A stretch of 64,000 nucleotides of DNA, taken from NCBI GenBank assembly GCA_012295275.1, contig CM022679.1, positions 18,600,001 to 18,664,000 on the forward strand, read 5' to 3'. Positions 49,731 through 64,000 of this stretch are shown in pieces (positions within the stretch are counted from its first letter, which is position 1; each line of letters opens with the position of its first letter). A program made the translations under genes and the position numbers. A model generated the notes under the pieces. That model did no database searches. It was not told where the DNA came from and saw only the letters and a list, made by a program, of their open reading frames with translations. This DNA is from Chrysomallon squamiferum (lineage: Eukaryota > Animalia > Mollusca).

Positions 49731-52440
49731 GTATTTATTTTGTTTTCTTAGTCTTAGTATGATTAATCAATGCAAAGTTTGATTGGGGTTAGTTGGCACA
49801 CATGGTTATTGAAAACATTGAAACTAGTAAAATAAGTTTATGTGTTGCAACATATACTGATATGATTGTAACGAGTACAGATGTCTTTTAAAAATGAACA
49901 GTATTTGTGAATGTGTTTTAATAACCCCCTAATAATTTTCAGTAGTTATACGTTACTGACCTTTTTACTAAGGAGGTTAAAGAAGGTTAAATGAAGCTGC
50001 ATTAATCCACTAATTCACAGTCAGAGTGATAAGGAAACTCTAGAAGGCTAACAAAGGTTTCTTCACAACAGATGTTATTTTCATTGCCATTTGCTGCGAG
50101 TTTCCGAGTATCGATTCGGTCTAATAAAAAGTTTGTTCTGAATTGTTTATTACACTGAACATAATGAATAGTAACTTTTAACGTATTTCTTTGGTATTTC
50201 TTAAGTTCACTTTAACCAATACTTTTAACTCCGAAACAGACACTTGCATTTTCTCTGTTTAGTGGATGCTTAGGCATAAGTGATGGGAGCCTCGACTGGT
50301 CGTGTTAGGAGATCTGGTATCTGATACAGATATTGTTCCAGCATGATCGTTTAATGATGTGTTAATTTCTCGATTAAATATTTCATATTATAGTATCAAA
50401 ATTATTAAAATATCAGCGTTGTAACATTAGAATATTTTCCTTTTCAAAACTTATTCAATTTAGCATCAGTATACACAAACTTCTCTTTGTGTGTTCGTTA
50501 ACCAGACGTCTACTGTAGTAATAATTACATGCATACATATTACGTACTATAACAGTGTAAAAAATATAATAATAATTACAGCAGAAATAATATATAAACA
50601 GAAATGAAAGATCAACCAGATTTTCTTTTTCTTTTTTTTGTATTTATTTATTTTATTTTATTTTTTTTATACCAATAAACATCCTATGGATATTGCGTCA
50701 GTTTGTAAGAGCAAATATATGTTAGTTTCATTTTTATTTCGATTTTTTAAATAGTTTTTTGGTTGTATATATTTTTTCTATCCTAAAATATCCAAAAAGA
50801 TAAAACAGACATAAATGAACATTTGGTTTCATTAAATAATTGTATTTGAATGAATTGTTGGTTATTTTTAAAATAATAAATATCTTTCACATTTTCAAAT
50901 ACCTTTAAAATGCCATTCATTAGTCTGTGATTATTATTTAACAGTGTTTGTTTGTGAGGCCCTAAATCTGTTAAAAATTTTGCTTTATTTAACCAATATT
51001 TTATTTACCAAAATATTTATACAGAAATTCGTGTTATACTTACCTTTTTATAATTCTTTTTTTTTTTGACCACTGCGGATTGTGAGGCCCATGCTGTAAT
51101 GTGTTTAATTTACGCCTAAATCCAGCACCGTTATAACTATGAGGTTCAAAGTATTAAAGGGTATGTGCATAATTTAACCGTATTTCATTTATTACACAAA
51201 CAGAAAATTAAATATTTAAACTAATTAATTACGGAAACAGTAGGAGTAAAAGTTTCCTAATACAATATTTCAAATAGTAAAATATATGCCTCGCTGTAAA
51301 ACATCAGCTGAGGAGGATTTGCTTTCTTGTTAGCTGGATAAATTGAGACATCTAATTTGTGTGAAAAATGAGGAAGAGTTTTCTCTGGCTCCAGACTGCG
51401 ACGATCCTGTAGTTATTTCGATTTACGAAATCATTTATCAACGGTGAGTAGGATCCAAGTACTTTGCAGCTTTATTTTAAAACGTAATACTTGATTTACG
51501 CATATGTTACATTTAAAATATGTTTATTATTTTGAGTGTTCGCTATCCTCTGCTCGTCATTGGTAAATGTCAAGCTGAAACTGTCTCAGTAAATAAGAAA
51601 ATGTTAGTGTTTGTGAGACGTGTTTAAAATATATTTATAGTTATTTATTACTCACAGTTGTAGCAAATTTACTGAGGTTTTACATTTCAATGTTTTTGCA
51701 GTGCATTGATTCATCCTTTTGCACCACTAATAAATCAAGCTATTGCTGCTGCTGCTACTACTACTACTACTATTCTGCTGCTACTGTAACTACACACTAT
51801 TCTACTGATTAGCGGTAATTTAACTGAAGTATCTGATAATTCTGGGATTTCATGAAAGCCTAAATAATTCACTAATTCTTTTAAAATATAAGATCTAGTA
51901 TTTTCATTTGAAAAACATACTGAGCTGCATCTAGTTGTTTGAGCGTTGAAATAGTATCAGAAGGAATACTTCAGTTTCATCCTCTTTTGTTTTACTATAA
52001 TATTTCAACTGTTAGAACTAACAAATAATGCAATCATTGTCAGCTAAACTTAGTACAAATACTGATTATCATACAAGCAGTTTGACATAAACAGAGCTAA
52101 CAAAGACGCAAGCTATTATTATATTTCAAAATAGACAGGTTTTTCAAGTTTGTTTGTGTAATTTAATAAACTTATGTATGACATCTGCCATCAAATATAA
52201 ATATTAGCAACACAGCTCAGAGAACATTTTATTTCAAATACTAAAGGTTTTCATGTTGTTATGAGGTTACACGTATTAATTAAATCATAGGCCTGGTTTT
52301 TCGACGACCCAGCTCCTCAAATAAAGGCATAATCGAGTTTGTGGGTTAACACAATCAAGTCAGACTATAATAAATAATTATGTTAACCTGAGGAACAGTA
52401 AGCGTTATAGACAAATGACATAATACAAATACCTAAACAC

Positions 52441-52596
<156 letters not shown>

Positions 52597-53497
52597 GTGT
52601 TATTTTAGAATAACATTTCCTTTATTTGCATATAAGTATAACCTAATTATTATGTAAGTATTTCCTTATTATGAAATAAGAACTCCTTTATTATATAATT
52701 ATTATATGATTACATAAATATTTCTTATTTATTATATAAGTGTTTCCGTATTATTATAATAGAATATTCCATTAGTTTTTACATACTTAAATATATTTCT
52801 TCATATTAGGTATGTAACCTATGAGAGTTTACCCTGTACTTTGAACTTTAGATACAGCTGTTGTTAATGCAGTCACATAAATGTATATCTATCTATCTAT
52901 CTATCTATAAATATATATGTGTATATATGTACTATCTCTTTTTGATACTTATATATATAAATGCTTGAAAATTAATTTATCTTAATACTAGATCGAGTAA
53001 TTTTCACATTTCTAATTGCTGGAAAATTATTTACTTACGTAACTAACAAAATAAACTTGTTTAATAAAACAGAAGTAACATGTTTCGTTTACTCGCATTT
53101 TAAAAGAACCGTGTTTTCTGTTTTTAATTTTTAATTATTTATTTATTTAGCTGATGACAATTCATCTGCCCCTAGACACATTTTGTGGAATCTGTAATAC
53201 ATTTCGTTACATTTTAGTGAAGTTCACCACTGAAATACTAACATATCTATAAAAATAAATACAATATTAAACACTACTTCAAGTTTGTCATGTTAGTTAA
53301 TATATCTGTGTCAACGTGGTGTTTTATCATCATTTTACATTTTATTTCAGTCAGAAATTAAGCATGGTAATGCTTTCTCTTTTTGTCATATAGAAAAAGA
53401 CGTTATCTGAAGATACTATGCTTTTACAGTTTCCACATCAACTCACTCGTTTGGGCTACGAAAAAGGACTCGATTAATAATAATAATAATAATAATA

Positions 53498-53534
<37 letters not shown>

Positions 53535-55056
53535 TGGTGGTGGTGATGTTGACGCACATAGCAACAATACTGAGTATATACAATAAAAATTGAAACTGCT
53601 ATATATATATTTTTTATCTCCTTTATCTCTCAGACTAATATAGACACGTGTTAAAATACACGTAAAATGCTGTTCAGTTATATTTCCATAACAAATACCA
53701 GAAGCACATGCATAGTGTAAAAAATATATCTATTAATGTTAAATAGACAAACCACTGTCATTTGATGATCGTTTGAATATTGTTTATTTAAATTTTCGAT
53801 AAATAAAAGCAGTTTAAGAGAGCTCATAATTCCATTTTCAATACAATACTGAAAGTTATACATTCTAGAAATTCTGAGACAATTTGAAAAGTACATTTCT
53901 GTAGAGAAGATTTAACGTCACCGTCAAGATCAGGGTATGAGAAGCAGACATTTTATAATGAAAAATAAGATCTGCAACATGTTTCTATACTCTAGTCAAT
54001 ACGATCATTGTCTTTTAAATTTAATTAATATATAAATATTATCAGATTTTTAGCGTAATCTTTACATATATCTGTTAAATAAATATCTTTAATATGTAAG
54101 TTATTTATGTAGTACAGAATGGAGCAACAAACCTATCAAGAAATTCCATAACACCTTCCACTGAAGCAAAGACAACTCAAAGCAGATGCATATTATCGAG
54201 GCCAGATCAGACTATAAAATATCACAAACATACACCAGTCAATTTTCTTGACAAAAACAGAGGAAATTATTCTCGTCTATCTATATCAATTAACAGCCGT
54301 AACGTTCCTTTCTTGGAAAAAGGCAGACCATTTTGATTCATTTGCAATGTGGACGACGACGGTAAATAGATGTATGGATTTTATTAAAATCATGATGAAA
54401 ACGATCAAATGGATTTCAGAAAAAAACACTTTGTTTGTGAATTTCTCATCTGTGTCGGGAAGGAACATTTTCAAATGGAAACTATTAAAGTATAAAGTAA
54501 TTGGATGCATCCCTTGATCTCTAATATTTTAAGATTGGCTTTTGATTGGCACTAGGATTCTTTCCCCACCCTATTCTACCTACTCTTCTAAAAGGACACA
54601 TAAGAGCGGCTGCTTATGTTTATGAAAGAATGAGAAAAGGATGTTTGCGTGAAGCACATTTTATTAAAATAGGACAAAACAAAAATGTGTATTGATAAAT
54701 ATGGACTGAAGTTTAAAAAAAGGCACCCTGCTTTGATTCACATATTGGCGCTAACCATAAATAATTTGAAAATTACAGTCAGGTGAACTTTTCACAATAA
54801 CTGGGATAAATAATAAGGCTAAATAGAAGTAAATATTTATTCATTAGATATTGTCTTTCACAATGGTTCTTTTAAATTATATCTGACCACAAAATGTGTT
54901 TAATTTGCAATCATCTTATAATATATGAACGAGCCTTTTTCTCTCAATATTGAGTGAGAATATTTCGCCAATTAATTTACAATCAGAAATGTTGTGAGCA
55001 CGATAAGAAAATCCAACTGCTAACATAACTGAGATTAAACATATCAGTTAGTCTGT

Positions 55057-55164
55057 GTAGATTGTTATTTTGTTCACGTCAGTATCAAGTCTGGGTAGAT
55101 TGTTATTTTGTTCACATCAGTATCAAGTCTGGGTAGATTGTCATTTTTTTCACATCAGTATCAA
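55057..55164. repeat. 38-bp tandem repeat, ~2.8 copies
   Basis: GTAGATTGTTATTTTGTTCAC(G/A)TCAGTATCAAGTCTGG at 55057, 55095 and 55133. Confidence 0.92.
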
Positions 55165-56777
55165 CAAAATAACACGAAAATAAAATAATAACTTGGAAGA
55201 AACAAAATTTATTTACTAACATCAAGAAACGAAACAATCAGATGTATTTATTTTTAGACGTTTGGATATATGCATTGTCAACCATGAAGCTGATAACTAT
55301 CAATCATACAACAAAATTAAAGGTTAAGTCTGTCTATTTGTTTGTCTTGGTATCTGTATTTCTAACTATCTTACTGTCTATCTATTTATCTACTCTCTGT
55401 TGGTATGTATGTCTGTTTATTGAACCTATTATTATTATTAGTAGTAGTTGTATTAGTATTAAAAGTTATTTCTATTTTTCTTTTCTTTAATTTTAATTTT
55501 TGCTATTATTATTATTATTATTATTATTTGTTTTGACTTCTTCTTTAAATTAATTTTGACTTAACAAAATCAGCTGATTTTTCTTTACTCATCGATAGAG
55601 TTGGCTTTTTGTTGTCGACTCAACGAAACTAAGTCAATGTTTTTTCATCTCAAAAACAAGTGCTCTAATTCATATTGCAAGAAAACACTGCTGACCTATA
55701 TAACACAAAATCTTTGTTTTCTACACTTTTCAGTAAATAATAATAATATTAATTATTTAAATCGTTATTATCGTATTAACCATATTAACTTCATTTCAGT
55801 GTTGTATGTATTAAGATGAGGTTAAAGTGTGAAAACATCTGAAGCTATATCAACACCCATCATTCTATGAAGATAAATCATACCATTCTATAATTAATAA
55901 TTATCTCAGCTAATACAAAAGTTCCATTTCTGACTAATGTGATAAGTGAGCTGATGTTAAAAGTTAAGCCTTTTTTTTTTTTTACATTCATATCTTGTTA
56001 ATGAGATTGCATTAAGCATATTTTACAACCGTAATATTTTTCATGGATTAATAACATTCTTAAAGAAATTATTTTACAAATAACAAGAAATATATAAAAT
56101 CATAGTAAATCCACCCAAAATTTCACCAAAATGTATCAAACCCAACTGCAGTGTATATTAAGACTTTATCAATACCACTAATAATGAAAAAAGTGATTAT
56201 GAAGTAAATCTAATAAATTTTGTTTATTTATTTCTTCTTCTTTTATGTTCTGAAATCGAAATATGAAAATATTCTAATAATGAAAAGAACTATTCATTAT
56301 TGGATGGAATTTACAACAACAAAAACAAATATAGAATGATAAATAATAATAATAATAATAAGAAGAAGAAGAAGAAGAAGAAGAAGGAAGAAGAAGAAAG
56401 AAGAAGAGAAGAAGAAAAAGAAGAAGAAGAAGAAATCACGATTACATTTTTGTCATGAAAAATTGAACCTGTACTTTTAAAAACACTCATTTTAACAGTA
56501 CTTGTGAATGAATCGCTGTCACGAGAGTAATAGAGTTGTCTGAGTAACGAAGTTGATAATAAACAACATGTTACCGCAACACAAAAAACACTGCTTTTCA
56601 CTTCATGTGGTGTTGAAAAAAATGATTTCTCAGTGACCTTTCTAAAATAAATATTATACAAAATGTTTAAAATAACATCGTGTATATGTGTACGTGTGTG
56701 TGCGTGTGCCGAAGATTTTTTCTCAAGGCGCATTGTTTTTCTTTTATGTTGGGAAGGAAATAATTTATAATTTGAGA

Positions 56778-56884
<107 letters not shown>

Positions 56885-58405
56885 ACTGATTAACGGCAAA
56901 TGAGATAAAATTTCAGAACAATATCTCTCTTTTTATCAATTTCTGTTTTGACTGTTTACATTCTACCAGTAATAACTGTTTGTCGGTTCACAGAACAACA
57001 CCATCCAGTTTATTTATTTCAGATAACCAAAGTGTTATGTCATCCTGCGCTATCATTCTCAAAATAGACTGATTAGAAGGTCCACGACATCACATATAAC
57101 ATTAGTTAATCATATCAATTATCTTTTCACATAATCGATTTTTGAAACAGTTCCCAAGAACTAACGAAAATATACTTTCGTATCATGTAAGAACATTATG
57201 GAATTATTGAAATTATATGAACTGTAATTGAAAATCTTACAAATATATATTGTAAACGCATGAAGCAATTAAACATTTGAAAATATCTCTGACATATACC
57301 AATTAATTTCTTTTAGTTTAAAATATATAATTATATGAAATCTATGGTGTAGTCATATGTGCATCCCGAGTTTACATTCCTGTATATATATATGTGTGTG
57401 TGTATGTATATATATATATATATACACACACATACACACTCATATACACACATACATTCATACATACACATTTTTAAATAATAGAAAAATAAGTAATTTC
57501 GTGTATACACACACACACACACACACACGAAAAAAAGCTAAATTAGTATTTAATACGTCCACCAATCACACATTTTATGGATCAGAATCTTTGTTGGGCG
57601 AACAAAGATTTCTAGCGGATCTTACAAGATTGTTTGGAATTCCATCGGTTATTTATCTTAGAATTTTTGTTGTTGGTGAAATGGCTTTCTCTGAATTACT
57701 TATAGACAATCCGATTTGATTGCCTTTAGCCCATAACCCTGATTTGGCCCAGTAACACGCTAGATAATCTGATTACTGAACTCGATGGACTACTTTGCCT
57801 TGAGATAAAATTTATGGGGAAATCAAATCGAACGAAGGTGATCATGGTAGAAAAATAACTAAGGTGAACATACGTTTATTTTGGCCGGTTGTTAGTTTCA
57901 ATAACGATGAATTCTTGTTTTTCTTACCCGTATAATGTTACTATAAATGTCCATATAAAAAAATTTGCTTTTCGGAAACAACGTTGCGCAAAATCACTTT
58001 GTCTTTGTCATATAGCATTAACGTTTCATTAAATGGATGCTGCGGAATGAAATCTAATAATTGTCCGCTGTCCTCATTAACAATGTTTTATTGTGTATTT
58101 ATGCAAAACTGTGACGCCGGGACGTAATGAATAGAAATGTAAACTGGATATCCGAAACATCGTTAATTCCACTTGATTTGCTTTAGTAGAATTTTTTTTT
58201 CTAGAAAAATAGCTATTGGCGTTAATTCATAAGCAAACACGTGTATGATTTGTGAGTTACCCTAGCACTGTTAACAGGACATATTTTGATATTCTTTTCT
58301 TCTGATCATTTCGTTTTTGTTTGTTCAAAGAAAGTCTAATATAATACAAACAAAAAAGATAACACATAATGCCTGTCAGTCTAGCATTAAATTATGTATC
58401 TGAAG

Positions 58406-58461
<56 letters not shown>

Positions 58462-60304
58462 TGTAAGGTTTAAATTCATTACTTGCTGCTATCTTTGCTG
58501 TTGCAACAGTAGTTCTAAAATTGATATTTTTTTCCATTACTTCCTTTGCTACTATTGTTCCAACTATTACTTAAACAGTTATTACTACTGTTTTTAGTCG
58601 AACGTTTATTATTGTTGTTACTACTACTACTACTACTTTTCACTATTACCACTACTTGCATTACTGCTGCTTCTGTTACTGCTGGTCCTATCACTGTTAT
58701 ACAGCAGCTACCACTATCTCTAACTAGTGTTTTGTTATTTTTGCTGTTTACCTGTTACTGTTATTTCCTTTTCTTTCGGGGAGTATTTCGCTGTCGATTA
58801 TATTTCTTTTGTGATATACTTAGAAGACATTGGTTCTTTTTATTATTTGTGAGGATGTTTTTCTTCTTCGTTTTCCATTTTTCACATTTAGATATTTTTT
58901 CTCTCTTACAAACATTCTGTAATGTCTATGATTATTTAAGTCGCTGGCAGTTAGAAAATATAACTGTTTTCATGATTATTATTGCTATCGCCTGTTTTTT
59001 TTTTTTTTTTTTTTTGTGTGTGTTTTTTTTGTGTTTTTTTTCAATAATAAAAATTATCCGCCGGACCGAGAGATACTTGAGAACCGCCAGTATCTGGCTA
59101 TGACAGCCTACTTCATGATCCAAAACGTGTCGTATTGGCAGCAGTATATCAACTGTGTAAAATGCCACGGCTTATTAGACATGGCCATAGGATCAATATT
59201 GGCGCACACCTCATCAATTTTGCTCAACACTTGCAGCTCTGACATTTGTCATGGTATGACTTCTAGCAATTCTCTTCACCAAATTATCGCTAAAACACGG
59301 TTTGTTCGCAAATCAAGTGTCATGCTTTTAATTAAAAACAGTGTGTGCTGATTTCTGTCTACGTTTTATTTCCTCTCGTCGGTTATATTTACAACTGGTC
59401 TGATTTGTAACATTTACCCAAGAAAAAACTTTTCAAAAAATATTTAAAGCAATGACTACAATCACTATTGCAACTACTATTATTAATACTGTTTCTACAG
59501 CTACTTTTACTGCTGCTGCTGCTGCTGCTACCACTACTACTATTACTACTACTACTACTACTACTACTATTGCTAATACTACTAGTAATACTGTACCAAA
59601 ACATCATTCAGTGTACAAAATAAATCATCATTTGATGTTCTGGATAGCATTTGTCAACATAAAACATTTTTGGCTTCAGACGTAATTACTTTTCAGTACT
59701 ATATAATTTCAGTTTAATCTGTTCAACGAAATTTCTGTAACCTAACATCTTGTCGAAATATCAAAAAAAAAAAGTTTTATCCTTTAAAGAGATATAAATA
59801 CAAAGAGACAGAGAGAAAAAAATTCAACGAGAGACAGGTAATACAGTCGACGAAAGAGATAGGAAGACCTGCAGTACAACTGCTAAACGGATGTGACACT
59901 AACAGATAGTATGATACATGGTATGGTACGATGGAGAAAAGGAGCAAATGGAATGACTACACGGATGAGTGGATAAATGAGCTGAGAAAAATCCTGGAAA
60001 ATTAGACCAATTACTTCACTGAAAGCCTTGTCTTGAAATATGATTAATTCATATTTACATGTAAACCCTGATTTTCGGCTAATGTAAGATAAGGTGTTAA
60101 ATCATTTTTCATGCATTTCTCACAATGATTCTTATCTCTTTCCATTACCTTTTATTTCAGTCATGATTATCTCTTAATCCTTTTCTGTGTAAGTCAGAAA
60201 ATCTTGCTCCATAAATGTAGGTAATAGTTTTCTCTCTATACTTTTATCCATTCACAGCCCTTTTCAACTAGATACAGACACACACACACACACATACAAA
60301 ATAC

Positions 60305-60393
<89 letters not shown>

Positions 60394-60937
60394 TTCAAAC
60401 TATTATTAGTTTGTGTGTGTATTCAGCAAGGCTGCAAAATATCAAATATATAAATATATAAGATATCCATATATTCGTATACATACACACATTCATACAT
60501 ATATGCATACATATATACATATATATATATATATGTACATACACACACATACATATATACATACATACATACATAGATACATACATACATACATACATAC
60601 GAATACATAATATATTTTTATTTAATAGTATTAATGTGGAAAAACGGGCTCATACATATACATATAATATTATTTCAGACTAACAGCAAGTGAAAATTCA
60701 GATTACTATAGGTCGTTTGTATGGATGCCTGCCTGACATTCGTTAAATCAAAGAACAAAGATTCGCTGCTTCTCGAGCCTGTAATAATTAACCACATTCT
60801 CTATGGATTCGTCACTATAAAAGGTTGTCTTCTTTAAAGTAGATTCAAAAGATAAGCTTGAAAAAAAGACGTTTAAGACTTAGCTCATATATAGTTATCA
60901 CCAAGCTGACCAGTTAATTATTTAACCAACCGTCATT

Positions 60938-61021
<84 letters not shown>

Positions 61022-62040
61022 ATGTATGTATATCTGTGATGTATGCTTGTGTATCTGCATTTCATATTCTTTTGATTAATTACTTTATCCAAATTTAATC
61101 TATCGCATTCTTTTGTTTTTCAGCTGTAGAATTTAACTATAATTAATAAATATCTAGTTTATACATACATATAAACAATTCGGATTATAATGTTTTACGA
61201 TTTTTAATTTAAACAGATTTTACCGTGAACATGTCTGCTGAACGGCTTATTTTAGCTATCATTAATTCGTCTTTATTTTAACTGTAGTTTCCTTCAAACG
61301 AATTTGATCAACGAAGTAATATTAATGTAACTTAAATGAAAAATTCTTACTTCACCTCTGTTGACCTCAACTTTTCCTGTTATTGTCAGCTAGCTCAGTT
61401 TTAATCGATTACTCTCTTTTTCTCTCTTATTCTCTTTTTCCCTTCCTTTTCGCTTTCTTGTTGATAAGCAAACATATAACAATATTTAATTAAAACGTGA
61501 GAGAAAACTGTGTTAAAGGTGAACAAACTATATCGGTATTTGGATGTGTATTATTCACTGCGACCACAGGATACATGAGTAATCCTGTTACTGTTTTTAA
61601 TAATGTTTTTACAAGCACCATCAGCTCATGACGATACAGCAATTTTAACCGCAAGGGTGAAAGTTGTTATAGTCTGATCATCCGTTCATTCGTGATTGGA
61701 ATCAGCGTCAGTATACATGTATAGATGATATAACATATAAACCGTAATAAAATATGGGAAAACACTTCTTTTTATTACTATTGTCAAGTTATTAGTTAAC
61801 ATATATATATACACATATAGGTTTGTGTTATCATACTGTTTGCAGAAACTATAATCATATATGCTTCGAGTAATAAACAACATCACCATTACTACTTCGA
61901 TTAAAATAATACAAGTAATAAAGCTTATTTGGGAGATAAAACAAAAATAAAGTTATATTCTCATTATTATTACTTTTTCTGTAAAGTAAACCTCATTTTT
62001 ACCAATATTAACCGAAGTCTATAAATATGTAATAAAAACA

Positions 62041-62180
<140 letters not shown>

Positions 62181-63255
62181 GTTTAATGTGGACATAGGTA
62201 TTAAGAATTCTACTGCCCTTTGGACTTTGATTTAAATCAGTTTCGCACGGAGAAAAATAAATTTTGACATAATTATTTTATTTTGTTAGTTTTCTTCATT
62301 TCTTAGCATATGGAATGCTTTCGTCTTTTCAGACATTTTTTGATGGCATTCCTAATTTATATGGTTGACAGCAAAGACGCAATATGTTCAGATGAAACAT
62401 CAAACATATGATATACTTAAAACCAAACAAATTTTCAAAACTTGGCATTTTGTCAAAGCAGTATTGCTAATTTGATCATTTCAGCTACGAACAATCGCAT
62501 TCATAATATATTAAATTATTAACGCCAATTTATATAGCATAAACAAACTATTAACAGTAACTGTTATTTGTGATAATATAGTTCAATGATTTGTTTATAA
62601 TTAAAAACTCGTGAACTTGTTAGTCGTATTAATTTGAATATGTCAGTGATACGAAGGCTGGTCATCCGTCCATACGTGTGATCAGTGCCAGGTCAGCATA
62701 CGTTTATGGATGGACCATACACGTGTTTCATGTATTTATAAATATCTATCCATCAGTCCAATTATATCTCTCTAACCATCCATCCATCCATCTCTCTGTT
62801 TATCTATCTGCCTTTGTCAAAATGAAATGATTCTTAAATGACTTTTTTTCTTTGTCTTTTATGATCTAAACCAGAAATTAAACCCTAAAAAAGTAACTAT
62901 ATGTGTGTATATGTATGTGTGTGTGTGTGAATAATAAGTAATTTATTGAAGTAAATACAGTTCCATCCCCCAGTAAATACAGTTCAATCTGACATTGGTC
63001 AGTGCCCGAAAATATAGACATTTATCCAGTCATCATGTTGTGCCAAAACATAGAGTGATTGCAGAATATATATATATATATATATATGTGTATGTATGTA
63101 AATCTGGACTGGTACTTTTGAACTGATTTTACGGTAAAGTTATTTGAAAGATGGGTATCAGATGCATGGATAGTGACCCAGTTTCAGAGCGTGCAACTGC
63201 GCTATTTTCGGTAGATTCGCTTCTAAAAATATATATATATATTTTTTTTTTCTGA

Positions 63256-63307
<52 letters not shown>

Positions 63308-63426
63308 TTCTTGTTGTTAATTTACACGACATCATCAACATTAGCTGAACAATATATTTTTTCTGTTATTTAGTTTGTTTATAATATTATTATATTTTAT
63401 TATTTTTATTATTATTTTTTTTTTTA

Positions 63427-63464
63427 CACCTATGATTATGTGTTTCACCTATGATTATGTGTTT
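63427..63464. repeat. 19-bp tandem duplication
   Basis: CACCTATGATTATGTGTTT twice. Confidence 0.9.
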
Positions 63465-64000
63465 TACAGCTTGTTAACAAGATCTCAACGAAAGTTCATA
63501 CAGCGGTTAAGATAATGTGTTAAGTTCACAAGCTGTAATTATCAGAAAATAATGACAAACAGCTTATGAAGATATACAGCAAGGTTTTGACAAAATAATA
63601 ATAATAATTATAGTACAGTAATCACAAATGGCGTGGAGGACAAGTAAGTCAACTGATGTCTGGATGTGCGTTGTGTGTGCTGTGAAAATTATTAAGGTAT
63701 TTGTAAACTTCTTACACAGGACACAGTATTGTATCTGACCAAAGTATTCATCATTTGCTATGTTTCTTGATAATATGGCGGAAGGAAATAACCAGTTATT
63801 GCAATCATTATTTACTGCGCAAAGCAATCGTCTAGTACCCACGTGTACGAATGTTTCGATCTGTAATCAGTCTCCTGTTTCAGTTGACAGTAATAACTGA
63901 ATAGGTGACCAGAATGTTTGATTAAACTGACATTTATATGCGCTTATGTTTATACTTCCTTCGGACAACTGATAACCCCATTAAAAAACAACAACAACAA

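Noticed and set aside
50940-51130. MITE with GTGAGGCCC repeats
   Set aside because: No matching TIR pair or TSD visible

Overview
AT-rich, microsatellite-dense eukaryotic (animal) genomic DNA with spliceosomal GT-AG introns, most consistent with an invertebrate such as a gastropod mollusc (inference from gene families and repeats). Positions 1-14 kb hold three ependymin-related (EPDR) paralogs in alternating orientation: the 3' end of A (+), complete B (-, 235 aa) and complete C (+, 230 aa). B and C share an identical 6-exon/phase structure and are transcribed divergently from a 1.24-kb spacer. Their introns carry a degenerate RNase H-bearing non-LTR retrotransposon, pogo/Tigger derivatives and a possible MITE. 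Positions 22.0-37.7 kb hold a 10-exon gene for a secreted ~424-aa protein with two tandem CAP (SCP/PR-1/CRISP) domains, both with a non-canonical His/Glu tetrad. Positions 38-64 kb contain no confidently recognisable CDS: transposon relics, tandem repeats and several candidate promoters/first exons of a + strand gene that may continue beyond the window. Gene models were built by hand from splice sites, phase continuity and motifs; no database searches were run.
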